A stretch of 64,000 nt of DNA from Candidatus Latescibacterota bacterium. GTDB lineage: Bacteria; Latescibacterota; UBA2968; UBA8231. The stretch covers positions 4,576,001 through 4,640,000 of the forward strand of contig OZ220089.1 of assembly GCA_964291625.2 (NCBI GenBank), in the 5' to 3' direction. The notes under the pieces were generated by a model. The model saw only the letters and a list, made by a program, of their open reading frames with translations, searched no databases and was not told the DNA's origin. The position numbers and the translations under genes were made by a program. Shown piece by piece: positions 8,893 through 19,015 of this stretch. Numbering within the stretch: the stretch's first letter is position 1; each line of letters begins with the position of its first letter.

Positions 8893-11052
8893 ATGACGAG
8901 AAAGACAGACCGGTACATCGGTTGGGCCGAGCTGGAGCCCTCGGGGTCGGTGATGGCGGGCAGCGTGGGGACCTGGACCCTCACCTACCACGTCGGCGAG
9001 TACGGGATCGACGACGGCGGAACCCTCAAGATCGCCTGGCGCTTCGCCTCGGACTGGGGCCGGCCCCAGAGCGAGGACCCCACGGCTCTCGACTACTGCA
9101 CGGTCACCACCGACGGCCCCGGACGGATCTCTCACCACTGGGACCCCAAGGGCTACGTCCGGCCCTGGCAGAAGTGCCTGGTCATCGACGTCGCGGAGTG
9201 GGCCCTGTCCCGGGGAGACAGGATCACGGTGGTGTACGGCGATCGCTCCGGAGGCTCGGCGGGAACGGTGGCCCAGACCTTCCAGGAGAGGAGCTTCGAG
9301 TTCAAGGTCTGCGTCGACCCCTTCGGCACCGGACGGTTCATCGAGATCGAGGACCAGCCCGTGGTCGAGATCGTGCCGGCCTCCCCGGCGAGGCTGGTCC
9401 TGACCGCTCCCACCCGGGTCGTCCGGGAAGAGCCCTTCGCCCTCGGCGTCAAGCTCGAGGACGAGTGGGGGAACCCCGTCCGCGCTCACAGGGGCCGGGT
9501 GGCGCTGTGCCCGGGAGGCCTCGAGGGCGTCCCGGCAGAGGTCGTCTTCACCGGCGGCGAGGGGGGGGTCCTGCGGATCCCGGAGGTCTCGGCGGAAGCG
9601 GCCGGTACCTACCGGGTGAGCGCTCGCAGCGGCTCCCTGAGAGCCGAGAGCAATCCCGTGGTCTGCGTCGACGGCGGGGAGCGTTTTGCGCCGTACTGGG
9701 GGGACCTGCACGGCCAGAGCGAGGAGACGGTGGGCACCAACAGCCTCGAGGACTACCTCCTCTTCGCCCGCGACGTGGCCCTCCTCGACTTCGCCGGCCA
9801 CCAGGGGAACGACTTCCAGATCACCCCGGCCTTCTGGGACCGCATCGGCCGGAGGGCGCGCGAGTTCGACGCCCCGGGGCGCTTCGTCTTCTTCCCCGGC
9901 TACGAGTGGTCGGCGACGACGCCCGCCGGGGGCGACCGCAACGTCTACTACCTCGACGACGGGCTCCCCATCCACCGAACCAGCCACTGGCAGGTGGACG
10001 ATCGGGAAGACCTGGCCAGCGACCGCTACCCGGTGGAGGAGCTGTTCGCCGAGCTGCGCAGGGGGGGACGGGCCCTCGTCGTGCCCCACATCGGGGGCCG
10101 CCCGGCCAACCTGCGGTACCACGATCCGGAGCTGGAACCGGTCATCGAGATCTACTCCGCCTGGGGCCAGTTCGAGTGGCTCCTCGAGGAGGCCCTGGAA
10201 CGCGGCTGCCGGGTCGGCTTCGTCGCCGGCAGCGACGACCACAAGGGGCGTCCGGGGGCCAGCTATCCGGGCGCCGCCTCCTTCGGCGTGTACGGGGGGC
10301 TCACCTGCGTGCTGGCCACCGAGCTGACGAGGAAGGGCGTGTGGGAGGCGCTCAAGGCCCGGCGCTGCTATGCCACCACCGGCCGGAGAATCGATCTGGA
10401 CGTGCGCGCCCAGAACGGCACCCGCTGGATCGGAGAGGCCTTCGACGCCGACCACATCCAGCTTTCGGTCTCCGTCCGGGGAACCGCCGACCTCGAAGAG
10501 GTGCTCGTCATGCGCGGAACGGAGTGCGTCCACAGCTACCCCGAGCCCCTCGAGCGGGACCCGGACCGGCTCCGCGTCGTCTGGAGCGGAGCCCGCATCC
10601 GGGGCCGCGCCCGCATGGCGCGATGGGACGGATCCCTCACCCTCGATGGAGGCAGAATCCTCTCGGCCGAGGGGTACGCCTTCGACAGTGCCGCCGAGGG
10701 CATCGTCGAGCAGACGCGAGAGCGGGTGGCCTGGCGATCGGTCACCTCCGGAGACGAGGACGGCGTTCTCCTCGACGTCGAAGCCGGCCCCGGGGCCAGG
10801 CTCCGCTTCGAGACGGGGATCGCCCGCTTCGAGGTGCCCCTGGGGGAGGTCACCGGGACGCCCTGGGTGCACCACGCGGGAGGGGAGGGCCTCCAGGTCC
10901 GGGTCGAGCAGGCGCCGCTCGGCTGCGGAGGCAGTTGCCGCTTCGAGTTCTCCGAGCCGGTTCCCGCCGCCGGCCCTCATCCCTACTACGTCCGGGTAAC
11001 CCAGACCGACGGATCGCGCGCCTGGACGAGTCCCTTCTACGTGAGCTCGTGA
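8893..11052 (+). CDS. DUF3604 domain protein (PHP-like metallohydrolase)
   Basis: Motifs YWGDLHGQSEETVG, GHQGND, PGYEWS, PHIGGR, GSDDHKGRPG and YYVRVTQ.DG..AW.SP; GAGAGGG RBS before ATG 8893. Confidence 0.8.
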   Translation: MTRKTDRYIGWAELEPSGSVMAGSVGTWTLTYHVGEYGIDDGGTLKIAWRFASDWGRPQSEDPTALDYCTVTTDGPGRISHHWDPKGYVRPWQKCLVIDVAEWALSRGDRITVVYGDRSGGSAGTVAQTFQERSFEFKVCVDPFGTGRFIEIEDQPVVEIVPASPARLVLTAPTRVVREEPFALGVKLEDEWGNPVRAHRGRVALCPGGLEGVPAEVVFTGGEGGVLRIPEVSAEAAGTYRVSARSGSLRAESNPVVCVDGGERFAPYWGDLHGQSEETVGTNSLEDYLLFARDVALLDFAGHQGNDFQITPAFWDRIGRRAREFDAPGRFVFFPGYEWSATTPAGGDRNVYYLDDGLPIHRTSHWQVDDREDLASDRYPVEELFAELRRGGRALVVPHIGGRPANLRYHDPELEPVIEIYSAWGQFEWLLEEALERGCRVGFVAGSDDHKGRPGASYPGAASFGVYGGLTCVLATELTRKGVWEALKARRCYATTGRRIDLDVRAQNGTRWIGEAFDADHIQLSVSVRGTADLEEVLVMRGTECVHSYPEPLERDPDRLRVVWSGARIRGRARMARWDGSLTLDGGRILSAEGYAFDSAAEGIVEQTRERVAWRSVTSGDEDGVLLDVEAGPGARLRFETGIARFEVPLGEVTGTPWVHHAGGEGLQVRVEQAPLGCGGSCRFEFSEPVPAAGPHPYYVRVTQTDGSRAWTSPFYVSS

Positions 11053-12818
11053 CGACCGTCGTCCACGTCACCCACGAGGCGGTCCACAAGGTCGGCGGCA
11101 TCGGCGCCGTGCTCACGGGGCTGATCACCACCGAGTCTTGTCGGCGGGCGGTCGAGCGGACGATTCTCGTGGGGCCGCTCATCGAGCGTCCGGGGAGCGA
11201 GGCCCTGGGCCCGGAGGGCACCCTCCTCCACGACAGCCGGAACGGGGTGCGCTCCGACACGGCGGGGGAGGCGCTGTCCAGGGTGGAGGCCCGCCGCGGA
11301 GTGCGCATCCTCTACGGCCGGCGGCGGCTCCGGTGCCCCGACGGGTCCGCGGTGGAACCGGAGGTGCTCCTCGTCGACGCGGAAAGGGGCGCCCCCAAGG
11401 GACTGGATCGCTTCAAGCACCAGCTCTACCAGGCCTTCGGGCTCGCCTCCGACCGCTACGAAGGGGAGTGGGAGTACGAGCTCTACGTACGTCTGGCGGA
11501 GCCCGCGTACGAGGCCGCCATCGCCCTCCTCGGCGACCGCCGCGGGCGGCCGCTGCACATCCTCGCCCACGAGTTCATGGGGCTGCCCACGGCCTTCAAG
11601 GCCCTCCTGGCCGACGAGTCCGGGGTGTACACCCTGTTCTACGCCCACGAGGTGGCCACCGCCCGGCGCCTCGTGGAGCGAGGCCGGGGAGGGGACGCCC
11701 GCTTCTATGGAGCCTTGCGCTCGGCCCCCCTCTCCGGGAGCTTCGTGGAGGATGTCTTCGGTCCCCAGGACGACTTCTTCAAGCACGCCCTGGTCTCCCG
11801 GGCCTGGCGCTGTCACGCGGTGCTCGCCGTCGGCGATCTCGTCGTCGAGGAGCTGCGTTTCCTCGGCCGGGAGTTCGCCGGCCTCGAGATCGACCGGGTC
11901 TACAACGGCCTGCCCCCCCCGCCGGCCTTCGCCCCGGCGGACCGGCGCCGGGCGCGGGAGAGCCTCGCAGGGCTCATCGAGAGCCTGCTGGGCTGCCGGC
12001 CCCGCGGGGTCTTCACCCACGTGGGGCGGCTCGTGCCGAGCAAGGGGTTCTGGCGGGATCTGCAGGTCCTGGAGGGGCTCGAGGCCGTGGCGCCGCCGTC
12101 GACAGGCCCCTGGGCGTTGATCGTCCTCGCCACCGATGCGGAGCCCCGTCCGTCGGAGGCGGTGGCGGCCATGCGCGCCGAGTACGGATGGCCCACCGCC
12201 CATCGCGAGGGCCCTCCCGATCTGACCCCGGGGGAGCTGGGCTTCGACCTGCGGGTGAGAGACCACAACGCCCGCAGCCGTCGGACGAAGGTGGTGTTCT
12301 TCAATCAGTTCGGTTTCGACGCCGGGAGCACCGGGGGCGCCGTTCCCCCGGGGATGGGTTTCGATGACCTGCGGCGGGGCAGCGACGCCGAGTTCGGGCT
12401 GTCGACCTACGAGCCCTTCGGCATCGCCCAGGTGGAAGCCCTCGCTTTCGGCGCCCTGAGCGTCGTCAGCGACGCCTGCGGCTGCGTCGGCTTCCTGCGC
12501 CAGGCGACGGCCCCCGGGAAGCCGGCCACCCACGTCTGCGGCGGCTACACACTCCGGGGCGGGGCGGGCCCGGCAGAGGGCGCCGATCCGGCGGCCTTCC
12601 TCGATCTGGACGACGGCTTCCTGGAGGCCGGCGAGCGCGCCTGCGGCGCGGCGGTGGCCTCGGCCCTGGCCGACGCGCTTCCCACCTCCGACGCGGAAGG
12701 GGAGCTGCTGCTGGAAGCCGGGCACGAGGCGGCCTCGGGAATGAGCTGGGAGAGGATCGTGGCCGGGAGGTTCCTGCCGGTCCTGCGGCGCCTCGAGAAG
12801 GCAGGGTCCGCACCGTGA
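11049..12818 (+). CDS. GT-B glycosyltransferase, glycogen synthase (GT3)-like
   Basis: N-terminal HEAVHKVGGIGAV (compare GT3 EVxNKVGGI), AHEFM, and STYEPFGIAQVEA; GTGA overlap with the upstream stop. Confidence 0.7.
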   Translation: MTTVVHVTHEAVHKVGGIGAVLTGLITTESCRRAVERTILVGPLIERPGSEALGPEGTLLHDSRNGVRSDTAGEALSRVEARRGVRILYGRRRLRCPDGSAVEPEVLLVDAERGAPKGLDRFKHQLYQAFGLASDRYEGEWEYELYVRLAEPAYEAAIALLGDRRGRPLHILAHEFMGLPTAFKALLADESGVYTLFYAHEVATARRLVERGRGGDARFYGALRSAPLSGSFVEDVFGPQDDFFKHALVSRAWRCHAVLAVGDLVVEELRFLGREFAGLEIDRVYNGLPPPPAFAPADRRRARESLAGLIESLLGCRPRGVFTHVGRLVPSKGFWRDLQVLEGLEAVAPPSTGPWALIVLATDAEPRPSEAVAAMRAEYGWPTAHREGPPDLTPGELGFDLRVRDHNARSRRTKVVFFNQFGFDAGSTGGAVPPGMGFDDLRRGSDAEFGLSTYEPFGIAQVEALAFGALSVVSDACGCVGFLRQATAPGKPATHVCGGYTLRGGAGPAEGADPAAFLDLDDGFLEAGERACGAAVASALADALPTSDAEGELLLEAGHEAASGMSWERIVAGRFLPVLRRLEKAGSAP

Positions 12819-13972
12819 TGCAGCGAAGCGGGAGCGGCCGCCCCGGCCGCTCCCCGAAGGCCGCCGGATGGGCGTCCCTCGCGGCCCTGGCCCTCTGCCT
12901 CGGCTGCGGCTTTCCGGGACGAAGCGCCCCCCGGCCAGCCGATGCCGAAGCCTCCCTCGGCAGGCTCCTCGGCGACTGGCCCCACCGGGGCCGGACGGTG
13001 ACCATCGCCGGGTTCCGGCATGCCGACGGCAGGACCTCGGTCGAGACCGAGGCCCTCGACGAGGCGTGGCTCTCGGCTGCGGTGCGCGCCGGGGTGCTGA
13101 CTCTGCCCGACGCCGGCATCGCCGGCTCGGCCTCGGCGGAGGACCTCGACTGGTCCGGCGAAGCCCCCCTGCCCGACGACTGGCGGGAACTGCCGGGCGA
13201 CCTGGTGGCCGGGGGCCAGCTGCGCGTCGAGCCGCCGTGGGCCTACCTGCGCCTGGTGGTGGCCGATCCCCTGACCGGCCGGGTGCATCAGGATCACGGC
13301 ACCAGGATCGCCGAGCGCGACCTGGTCCGTCTCGTCCGGGACCGAAGCCGCCGCCTGACCGGTGTCGTCGCCGAGGTGGCGAGACCGATCGAGATCGAGC
13401 TGCACCTGCTGGTGCGGCGTGAAGAGGGGGGGTTCCCGGAGAGGATCGACTTCGAGGAGGGGGGCCTGCTGGCCGTGGACGACCGGTTCCAGCTGCGCTA
13501 CCGGGCCGACCGGGACTGCGAGGTCTTCGTCTTCCTGCTGCTCTCCGACGGCTCGAGGCAACTGTTGGGCGGTGGGGCCACGATCTACGGGGGAAGATGG
13601 TACTACGCCCCCGGCGAGAACCGCTGGCACACCCTCTCCCGGGACGATCTGGTCCACACCCTCTACTTCCTGGCCGCGCCGCGCATCGAGGAGGATCGTG
13701 GCTCCCTGTGGGAAGATCTCGATCGGCTGCAATCCGAGGGGCGTCTCGACCGGTTCGTCGGCCTCGACCTGGTGGACGCCGCCGTGGCCCGCCTGCTGCA
13801 GCGCACCGCGGGGGCCGACTCCATCGTGGTCAGCCGTGGTGCCGAAGGGGTGGAGAGGGGAGAGAAGGAGCGTTTCGTGTACGACGACGGCACCACCTTC
13901 GACAGCCGCGGGGAGCGCCTCGAGGGCACGGTCATCGCCCGCGCCTACAGCGCCCTCGTGCGCTACCGCTGA
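12815..13972 (+). CDS. Putative lipoprotein with FlgO/CsgG-like N-terminal domain and DUF4384-like domain
   Basis: Lipobox-like LALCLGC; TVTIAGFRHADG; DRFQLRYRADRDCEVFVFLLLSDG is DUF4384-like. Confidence 0.5.
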   Translation: MMQRSGSGRPGRSPKAAGWASLAALALCLGCGFPGRSAPRPADAEASLGRLLGDWPHRGRTVTIAGFRHADGRTSVETEALDEAWLSAAVRAGVLTLPDAGIAGSASAEDLDWSGEAPLPDDWRELPGDLVAGGQLRVEPPWAYLRLVVADPLTGRVHQDHGTRIAERDLVRLVRDRSRRLTGVVAEVARPIEIELHLLVRREEGGFPERIDFEEGGLLAVDDRFQLRYRADRDCEVFVFLLLSDGSRQLLGGGATIYGGRWYYAPGENRWHTLSRDDLVHTLYFLAAPRIEEDRGSLWEDLDRLQSEGRLDRFVGLDLVDAAVARLLQRTAGADSIVVSRGAEGVERGEKERFVYDDGTTFDSRGERLEGTVIARAYSALVRYR

Positions 13973-13974
13973 AG

Positions 13975-15108
13975 GTGATCTACCTCGACCACAACGCCAC
14001 GACGCCGGTGCGGCCCGAGGTCCGGGAGGCGATGTGGCCGTACCTCGGCGAGGAGTTCGGCAATCCTTCCAGCCGCCACGGCCCGGGACGGAGGGCCCGC
14101 GACGCCGTCGAGAGGGCCCGCGGACAGATCGCCCGGCTCATCGCCTGCGATCCGGCGGAGATCCACTTCACCAGCGGCGGGACCGAGGCCGACAACTGGG
14201 CCCTGCGAGGCATGTCGGCCTCCTCGCAGGGCTCCGTCGTCGTCTCCTCGGTGGAGCACCACGCCGTCCTCCACGCCGCCGGCGAGCTGGCGCGGGCCGG
14301 CCGCGAGGTCGTGGTCCTCCCCGTGGACGGGGCGGGCCGGGTCGATCCGGAGCGGGTCCTGAAGGCGTCCGAAGGCGCCGCGGTGGTCTCCCTCATCCTG
14401 GCCAACAACGAGACCGGGACGATCCAGCCGGTGGCCGGGATCGGAGCCGTCCTGCGCCAACGCGGGGTTCCCTTCCACGTCGACGCCGTGCAGGCCTTCG
14501 GCAAGATCCCCACCCGGGTCGACGACCTGCAGGCGGACCTGGTCTCCCTCTCGGCCCACAAGATCAACGGTCCCAAGGGCGTGGGCGCCCTGTACGTGCG
14601 CCGCGGCACCTCCCTGGAGCCCTGGCAGGTCGGGGGCGGGCACGAGCACGGGCTGCGAGCCGGCACCGAGAACGTGGCGGCCATCGTCGGCTTCGGCGCC
14701 GCCGCCGCGATCCGGCGGGTGGAGATGGCGGACCAGGAGCGGCGGCACGGGCGCCTCAGGGACCGCCTGGAGTCGGCCCTGCGGGAGCGCATCGGCGACG
14801 TGGTCGTCCACGGCCACCGGGTGCACCGGTTGAGCAACACCCTCAACCTCTCCTTCCGCGGCGTCGAGGCCGAGGCGGTCCTCGTCGGCCTCGACCTGGA
14901 GGGGATCTGCGCCTCGAGCGGCTCGGCGTGCACCGAGGGCGCGGCCGATCCCTCCCATGTCCTGCTGGCCATGGGCGTCGAGCCGCGGCTGGCGGCCGGG
15001 GCCCTGCGCTTCAGTCTGGGGTGGGGCAGCGACGAGGCCGGGATCGACCGAGTCGTCGAGGTCCTGCCGGCGATCGTGGCGCGGTTGCGGGACCTCTCGG
15101 TGTTCTGA
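13975..15108 (+). CDS. Cysteine desulfurase (NifS/IscS group I)
   Basis: Motifs IYLDHNATTP, FTSGGTEADN, SAHKINGPKG (PLP lysine), RAGTEN and SSGSAC. Confidence 0.93.
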   Translation: MIYLDHNATTPVRPEVREAMWPYLGEEFGNPSSRHGPGRRARDAVERARGQIARLIACDPAEIHFTSGGTEADNWALRGMSASSQGSVVVSSVEHHAVLHAAGELARAGREVVVLPVDGAGRVDPERVLKASEGAAVVSLILANNETGTIQPVAGIGAVLRQRGVPFHVDAVQAFGKIPTRVDDLQADLVSLSAHKINGPKGVGALYVRRGTSLEPWQVGGGHEHGLRAGTENVAAIVGFGAAAAIRRVEMADQERRHGRLRDRLESALRERIGDVVVHGHRVHRLSNTLNLSFRGVEAEAVLVGLDLEGICASSGSACTEGAADPSHVLLAMGVEPRLAAGALRFSLGWGSDEAGIDRVVEVLPAIVARLRDLSVF

Positions 15109-15146
15109 AGCGGCGCCGCGCCGGGGTGGGCCCGGGGCGCGTCCCC

Positions 15147-15623
15147 TCACCCGCGCCGGTAGCTTGCGAAGCGCAGCCTCCCCTCCTCCCTCTCTTCCGT
15201 GACCGTCCATTCCCGGGCCGGCCACTCGGGGAAGCGGGTCTCTCCCTCCACGCGGTCCGGCACGTGGGTCAGGATCATCTCGTGGGCCAGGGGAAGGGCT
15301 TCGGTGTAGACGCTCGCGCCCCCGCACACGAAGACCCGGCGCCGCCCGGAGCGGCGGCAGTGCTCGAGGGCCGACTCCAGGTCCGGGAAGGGCCGCATCC
15401 CCTCCACGGCGGAGTAGTCGGTCCTGCGGGTCAGCACCAGGTTGGCACGCCCGGGCAGCGGTCGGCGCGGCAGGGACTCGTACGTGCGCCTCCCCATGAG
15501 ACAGGCGTGGCCCATGGTGGTACGCATGAAGTGGCGCATGTCCGCCGGGTAGTGCCAGGGCAGGCCGCCGTCGCGGCCGATCACCAGATCTGGGGAGACC
15601 GCCGCGATGAGGCAGATCTTCAT
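15147..15623 (-). CDS. folA: Dihydrofolate reductase
   Basis: Motifs VIGRDGGLPWHYPADMRHF, MGRRTYESL, PLPGRANLVL, VCGGASVY and EGETRFP. Confidence 0.93.
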   Translation of the reverse strand: MKICLIAAVSPDLVIGRDGGLPWHYPADMRHFMRTTMGHACLMGRRTYESLPRRPLPGRANLVLTRRTDYSAVEGMRPFPDLESALEHCRRSGRRRVFVCGGASVYTEALPLAHEMILTHVPDRVEGETRFPEWPAREWTVTEEREEGRLRFASYRRG

Positions 15624-16402
15624 GCCGCGGAGGGATTGAAGAACCGCCGCAAGTCGTCGCGCTGCTCCTCCCGGGCGGCGCCCACCGTGCCGTCGAAGAC
15701 GACCCGTCCCCCGTCGAGCATGACGAGCTGGCCGTCGAGGCGCTCGATGCTCAGCAGCTCGTGGGTGACGACGACGACCGTCGTCCCCTGTCCCCGGTTC
15801 AGGGAGAGCAGCAGGCGGTCGATGCCGGCGGCGGTCACCGGGTCGAGGCCGGCGCCGGGCTCGTCGCAGAACAGTACTTCCGGCTCCAGGGCCATGGCGC
15901 GGGCCAGGGCGGCGCGCTTGCGCATGCCCCCCGACAGCTCGCTCGGCAGCTTGCCGCCGCTCCCCTCCAGGCCGACGAGTCTCAGACGGGTGTCGACGAC
16001 GTCGCCGATCAGGGCCGGCTCCAGGTCGGTGTGCATCTGCAGGGGCAGACCGACGTTCTCCGCCACCGTCAGGGAGCCGAGCATGGCGCCGTACTGGAAC
16101 ATCACCCCCACCCGCTTCAGCAGGGCGTCGCGCTCGGCCTCGGCCAGCTCGTGCAGGGGCTCCCCGAGCAGGCCCAGATCACCGGCGCGGGGGGAGACGA
16201 GGCCGATCACCGTCTTCAGCAGCGTGCTCTTTCCGCAACCCGAGCCGCCGACGATGCAGGTCATGTCGCCGCGGCGGACGGTGAGGTCGACGCCGTCGAG
16301 AACCGGCGGCGCCTGCTCTCCGTAGGCCACGGAGAGGCCGCGGACCTCGACCACGGGCTCGCCGGGCGGGAGTCCCCCGGGGGGTGGAGGTGCGGCGGTC
16401 AC
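15620..16402 (-). CDS. mlaF: MCE-system ABC ATPase (MlaF/Mkl family)
   Basis: Motifs GGSGCGKST, VMFQYGAML, ELSGGMRKRAALARA and DEPGAGLDP; GTGA overlap with the mlaE stop. Confidence 0.85.
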   Translation of the reverse strand: MTAAPPPPGGLPPGEPVVEVRGLSVAYGEQAPPVLDGVDLTVRRGDMTCIVGGSGCGKSTLLKTVIGLVSPRAGDLGLLGEPLHELAEAERDALLKRVGVMFQYGAMLGSLTVAENVGLPLQMHTDLEPALIGDVVDTRLRLVGLEGSGGKLPSELSGGMRKRAALARAMALEPEVLFCDEPGAGLDPVTAAGIDRLLLSLNRGQGTTVVVVTHELLSIERLDGQLVMLDGGRVVFDGTVGAAREEQRDDLRRFFNPSAA

Positions 16403-17496
16403 AGGTAGAAGACCAGGCCCCAGGTGAGGTCGAGGACGATGATCGCGAAGATCGACGAGACCACCGAGGAGGTGGTCGCCGCCCCGACGCCGGCGGCGCC
16501 GCCTCCCGCCCGCAGGCCCCGGTAGACGGAGACGACGGTGATGATCCAGGCGAAGGAGAGGGACTTCACCAGGCCGGTGAGGACGTCCTTCAGCAGCAGG
16601 GCGCTCTGCACCCGCCCGGCGAAGGCGGCGGGCGAGATGTCGAGGGAGAGGACCCCCGTCACCGTACCGCCCAGGAGACCGACGAAGTCGGCGGCGATCG
16701 TCAGCAGGGGAAGGGTGAGGAGCATGGCCCACATCTTCGGCACGGCCACGAGCCGCAGCGGGTCTAGGGCCATGGTGCGCAGGGCGTCGATCTCCTCGTT
16801 GAACTTCATCGAGGCGATCTCGGCGGCGAAGGCCGACCCCGAGCGTCCGGCGATGACGATCGCCGTCATCAGCGGGCCCAGCTCGCGGGTGATGCCGATG
16901 GACAGGAGATCGGCCACCAGCACGTTGGCCCCGAAGCGGCGCAGCTGGGCCGCCGCCTGCAGGGTGGAGACGCCCCCCACCAGGAAGAGGATGACGGCGA
17001 CGATGGGCAGACCATCCGCTCCGACGACGGCGGCCTGACGGACGGAGTCCCCGCGGCGAACGCCCCGGCGCCGCAGGAGGGCGGAGCCCGCGGCCCAGGT
17101 CAGGTCGGAGGCGAGGTAGAGGAAATCGAGAATCCCCTGGAACGCGTCCAGGGACCGTTCCCCGAGGCGCTCGAGGGGTCCCATCTCCCTCACCGCGGCG
17201 CCGTCGCCGGCCGGCCCGGGGCCCGCGCCGACACTCTCGATCATGGCCTGCACCGATGCCGGCGCCGCGGCCAGATGCAGCCCGCGTCCGGCCTCGGATG
17301 CCAGGGAGGGCAGGCGCCGCAGCCACACGGCGCCCACCGTGTCGAGGCGGGTGATCCCCGACAGGTCGGCGGTCAGCTCGGCGTGCGGGCTCTTGCGGAG
17401 GAGCAGCCGGACCTGACGGGACCCCGCCGCCACCGAGTCCACGGTGCAGGCCCCGGTGATGCGGAGGCGGCCGCCGGCATCGGGCTGCACGTCCAC
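16399..17496 (-). CDS. mlaE: MlaE-family permease with N-terminal STAS (MlaB-like) domain
   Basis: STAS-like DLSGITRLDTVGA; RELGPLMTAIVIAGRSGSAFAAEIASMK.NEEIDAL; GVGAATTSSVV. Confidence 0.9.
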   Translation of the reverse strand: MDVQPDAGGRLRITGACTVDSVAAGSRQVRLLLRKSPHAELTADLSGITRLDTVGAVWLRRLPSLASEAGRGLHLAAAPASVQAMIESVGAGPGPAGDGAAVREMGPLERLGERSLDAFQGILDFLYLASDLTWAAGSALLRRRGVRRGDSVRQAAVVGADGLPIVAVILFLVGGVSTLQAAAQLRRFGANVLVADLLSIGITRELGPLMTAIVIAGRSGSAFAAEIASMKFNEEIDALRTMALDPLRLVAVPKMWAMLLTLPLLTIAADFVGLLGGTVTGVLSLDISPAAFAGRVQSALLLKDVLTGLVKSLSFAWIITVVSVYRGLRAGGGAAGVGAATTSSVVSSIFAIIVLDLTWGLVFYL

Positions 17497-17500
17497 GGTG

Positions 17501-19015
17501 TCAGAACAGCCGGGAGAAGCGCAGCAGGACCTGCTCGCGGGCCGCCAGCCGGCGCAGCCCCTGCGTCCGCTCGAGGTCGGCGATGATGTCGAGGTTGATG
17601 AAGCTCGTCAGGGCGATGCGCAGGCGGTTCTCCCAGGTGAAGAACCACTCCTGCGAGTCCCGCGAGCTCAGGAGGATGTCGAACTCCGAGTCGAGGCTGA
17701 CCAGCCTCGACAGGCGGGCGTCGAGGATCACCAGGGCCTCGACGCCGGAGGTGGAGGAGCTCTTGAACTCGGTGGCCCTCACGGGATTCGAGTTGGTGCT
17801 GATCTCGTAGAAGTCCTTGTACAGCTCCTGGAGCGATCCGACGCCCAGCCGCAGGTCGGTGTTCAGGGCGAAATACCGGAAGACCCGGGAGTTGATGCCG
17901 ATGCCCTCGCGGAAGGTGATCGGCGAGAACGAGGGCGCTGTCGTGAGTATCGTGATCCCGCGAAGGGTGTCGACGCGGCCGCTCCTCGACGTCCGGATCA
18001 CGTCGCGAGGCATACGGAAGCGCGTTTCCGAGGGGAAGACGTTCGAGTTGACCACGCCGCGCAGGTAGGGACCGATACGGGGCGACAATCGGAAGATGTA
18101 GGTGGCTCGCCCCTCGGCGCGGTCGATGCCCTTCTGCAGCTCGTGGTCTTCCTGCCAGTTGGCGCCCTGCTCCACCAGGAGCCGGAGGCTGGCGAAGTGG
18201 CGGTCGGTGTTGTAGCGCGTGTGATTGAAGAGCTGGAAGACCAGGTTGGCGCTCGTCAGGTTGTCGCCTGCCGTCTGCTGCGAGGTATTCATCCGGACGG
18301 AGCCGGAGACCTCGGTCTGGGCGAGGAGGGCGTCGGTGGCGCGGGGCACCAGGGCATGCAGCACCGGACGCTGGTAGAAGGAGGTGAACTCCCCCGACTC
18401 GCTGTCGTATACGAGGTTGCGCCGAGTGACGACGCCCGGCAGCAACTGCACGCTGAACTTGTCGATGGTGGCGAAGGAGCCGCCGAGGCGCACGACGCTG
18501 TAGACCCCGGGCCGCAGGATCCAGGTGCGCACCCGTTCGCCGCGCTCCTCCTCGATGCCGAAGCCGGGTCCGTAGCTCTCGCCGCTCTCGTCGAATATCT
18601 CGTAGCTCTCGTTGACCGAGGTCCGCGTCCGGTCGATGACGTCGATGACCAGGGCCGACCAGGTCGGCTTCAGCAGCGTCGTCTCGCCCTCGAAGATCGG
18701 CACGTCCTTGCGGATCAGCTGCGAGAGGTTCCCGGAGCCGAACCGGATCTGGTACATCCCGGGGTCGAGGGGCAGGCCGCGCCCCGGCGACGCGGAGCGC
18801 ACCTCGCGGCCGTCGCGGAAGACCTGGAACTTGGGTTCGTTGCCGATGGGCAGGGTCATGGTGGGGATGAAGAGCATCCCCTTGCCCTTGGGCAGCAGGG
18901 CCGGATCGCGCGCCAGTTGGGCGTGAGGCGAGGCGGCGGACCAGGTGCTCTCGTCCGCGGCGGCGGCCATGGCCAGGGCGAGGAGGAGGGCTCCAGCCAG
19001 CGGGGTGCGCACCAT
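17501..19015 (-). CDS. Hypothetical exported protein, probable outer-membrane beta-barrel with N-terminal PEGA-like domains
   Basis: Signal peptide MVRTPLAGALLLALAMAAAA; two PGxYxI/V-type segments; amphipathic beta-strands in the C-terminal half; ends in Phe (QVLLRFSRLF). TGATG coupling to the upstream gene. Confidence 0.65.
   Translation of the reverse strand: MVRTPLAGALLLALAMAAAADESTWSAASPHAQLARDPALLPKGKGMLFIPTMTLPIGNEPKFQVFRDGREVRSASPGRGLPLDPGMYQIRFGSGNLSQLIRKDVPIFEGETTLLKPTWSALVIDVIDRTRTSVNESYEIFDESGESYGPGFGIEEERGERVRTWILRPGVYSVVRLGGSFATIDKFSVQLLPGVVTRRNLVYDSESGEFTSFYQRPVLHALVPRATDALLAQTEVSGSVRMNTSQQTAGDNLTSANLVFQLFNHTRYNTDRHFASLRLLVEQGANWQEDHELQKGIDRAEGRATYIFRLSPRIGPYLRGVVNSNVFPSETRFRMPRDVIRTSRSGRVDTLRGITILTTAPSFSPITFREGIGINSRVFRYFALNTDLRLGVGSLQELYKDFYEISTNSNPVRATEFKSSSTSGVEALVILDARLSRLVSLDSEFDILLSSRDSQEWFFTWENRLRIALTSFINLDIIADLERTQGLRRLAAREQVLLRFSRLF

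Noticed and set aside
8922-11048. N-terminal 709 aa of the 1298-aa ORF
   Set aside because: It is an alternative-frame run-through over DUF3604; the real gene starts at GTG 11049.
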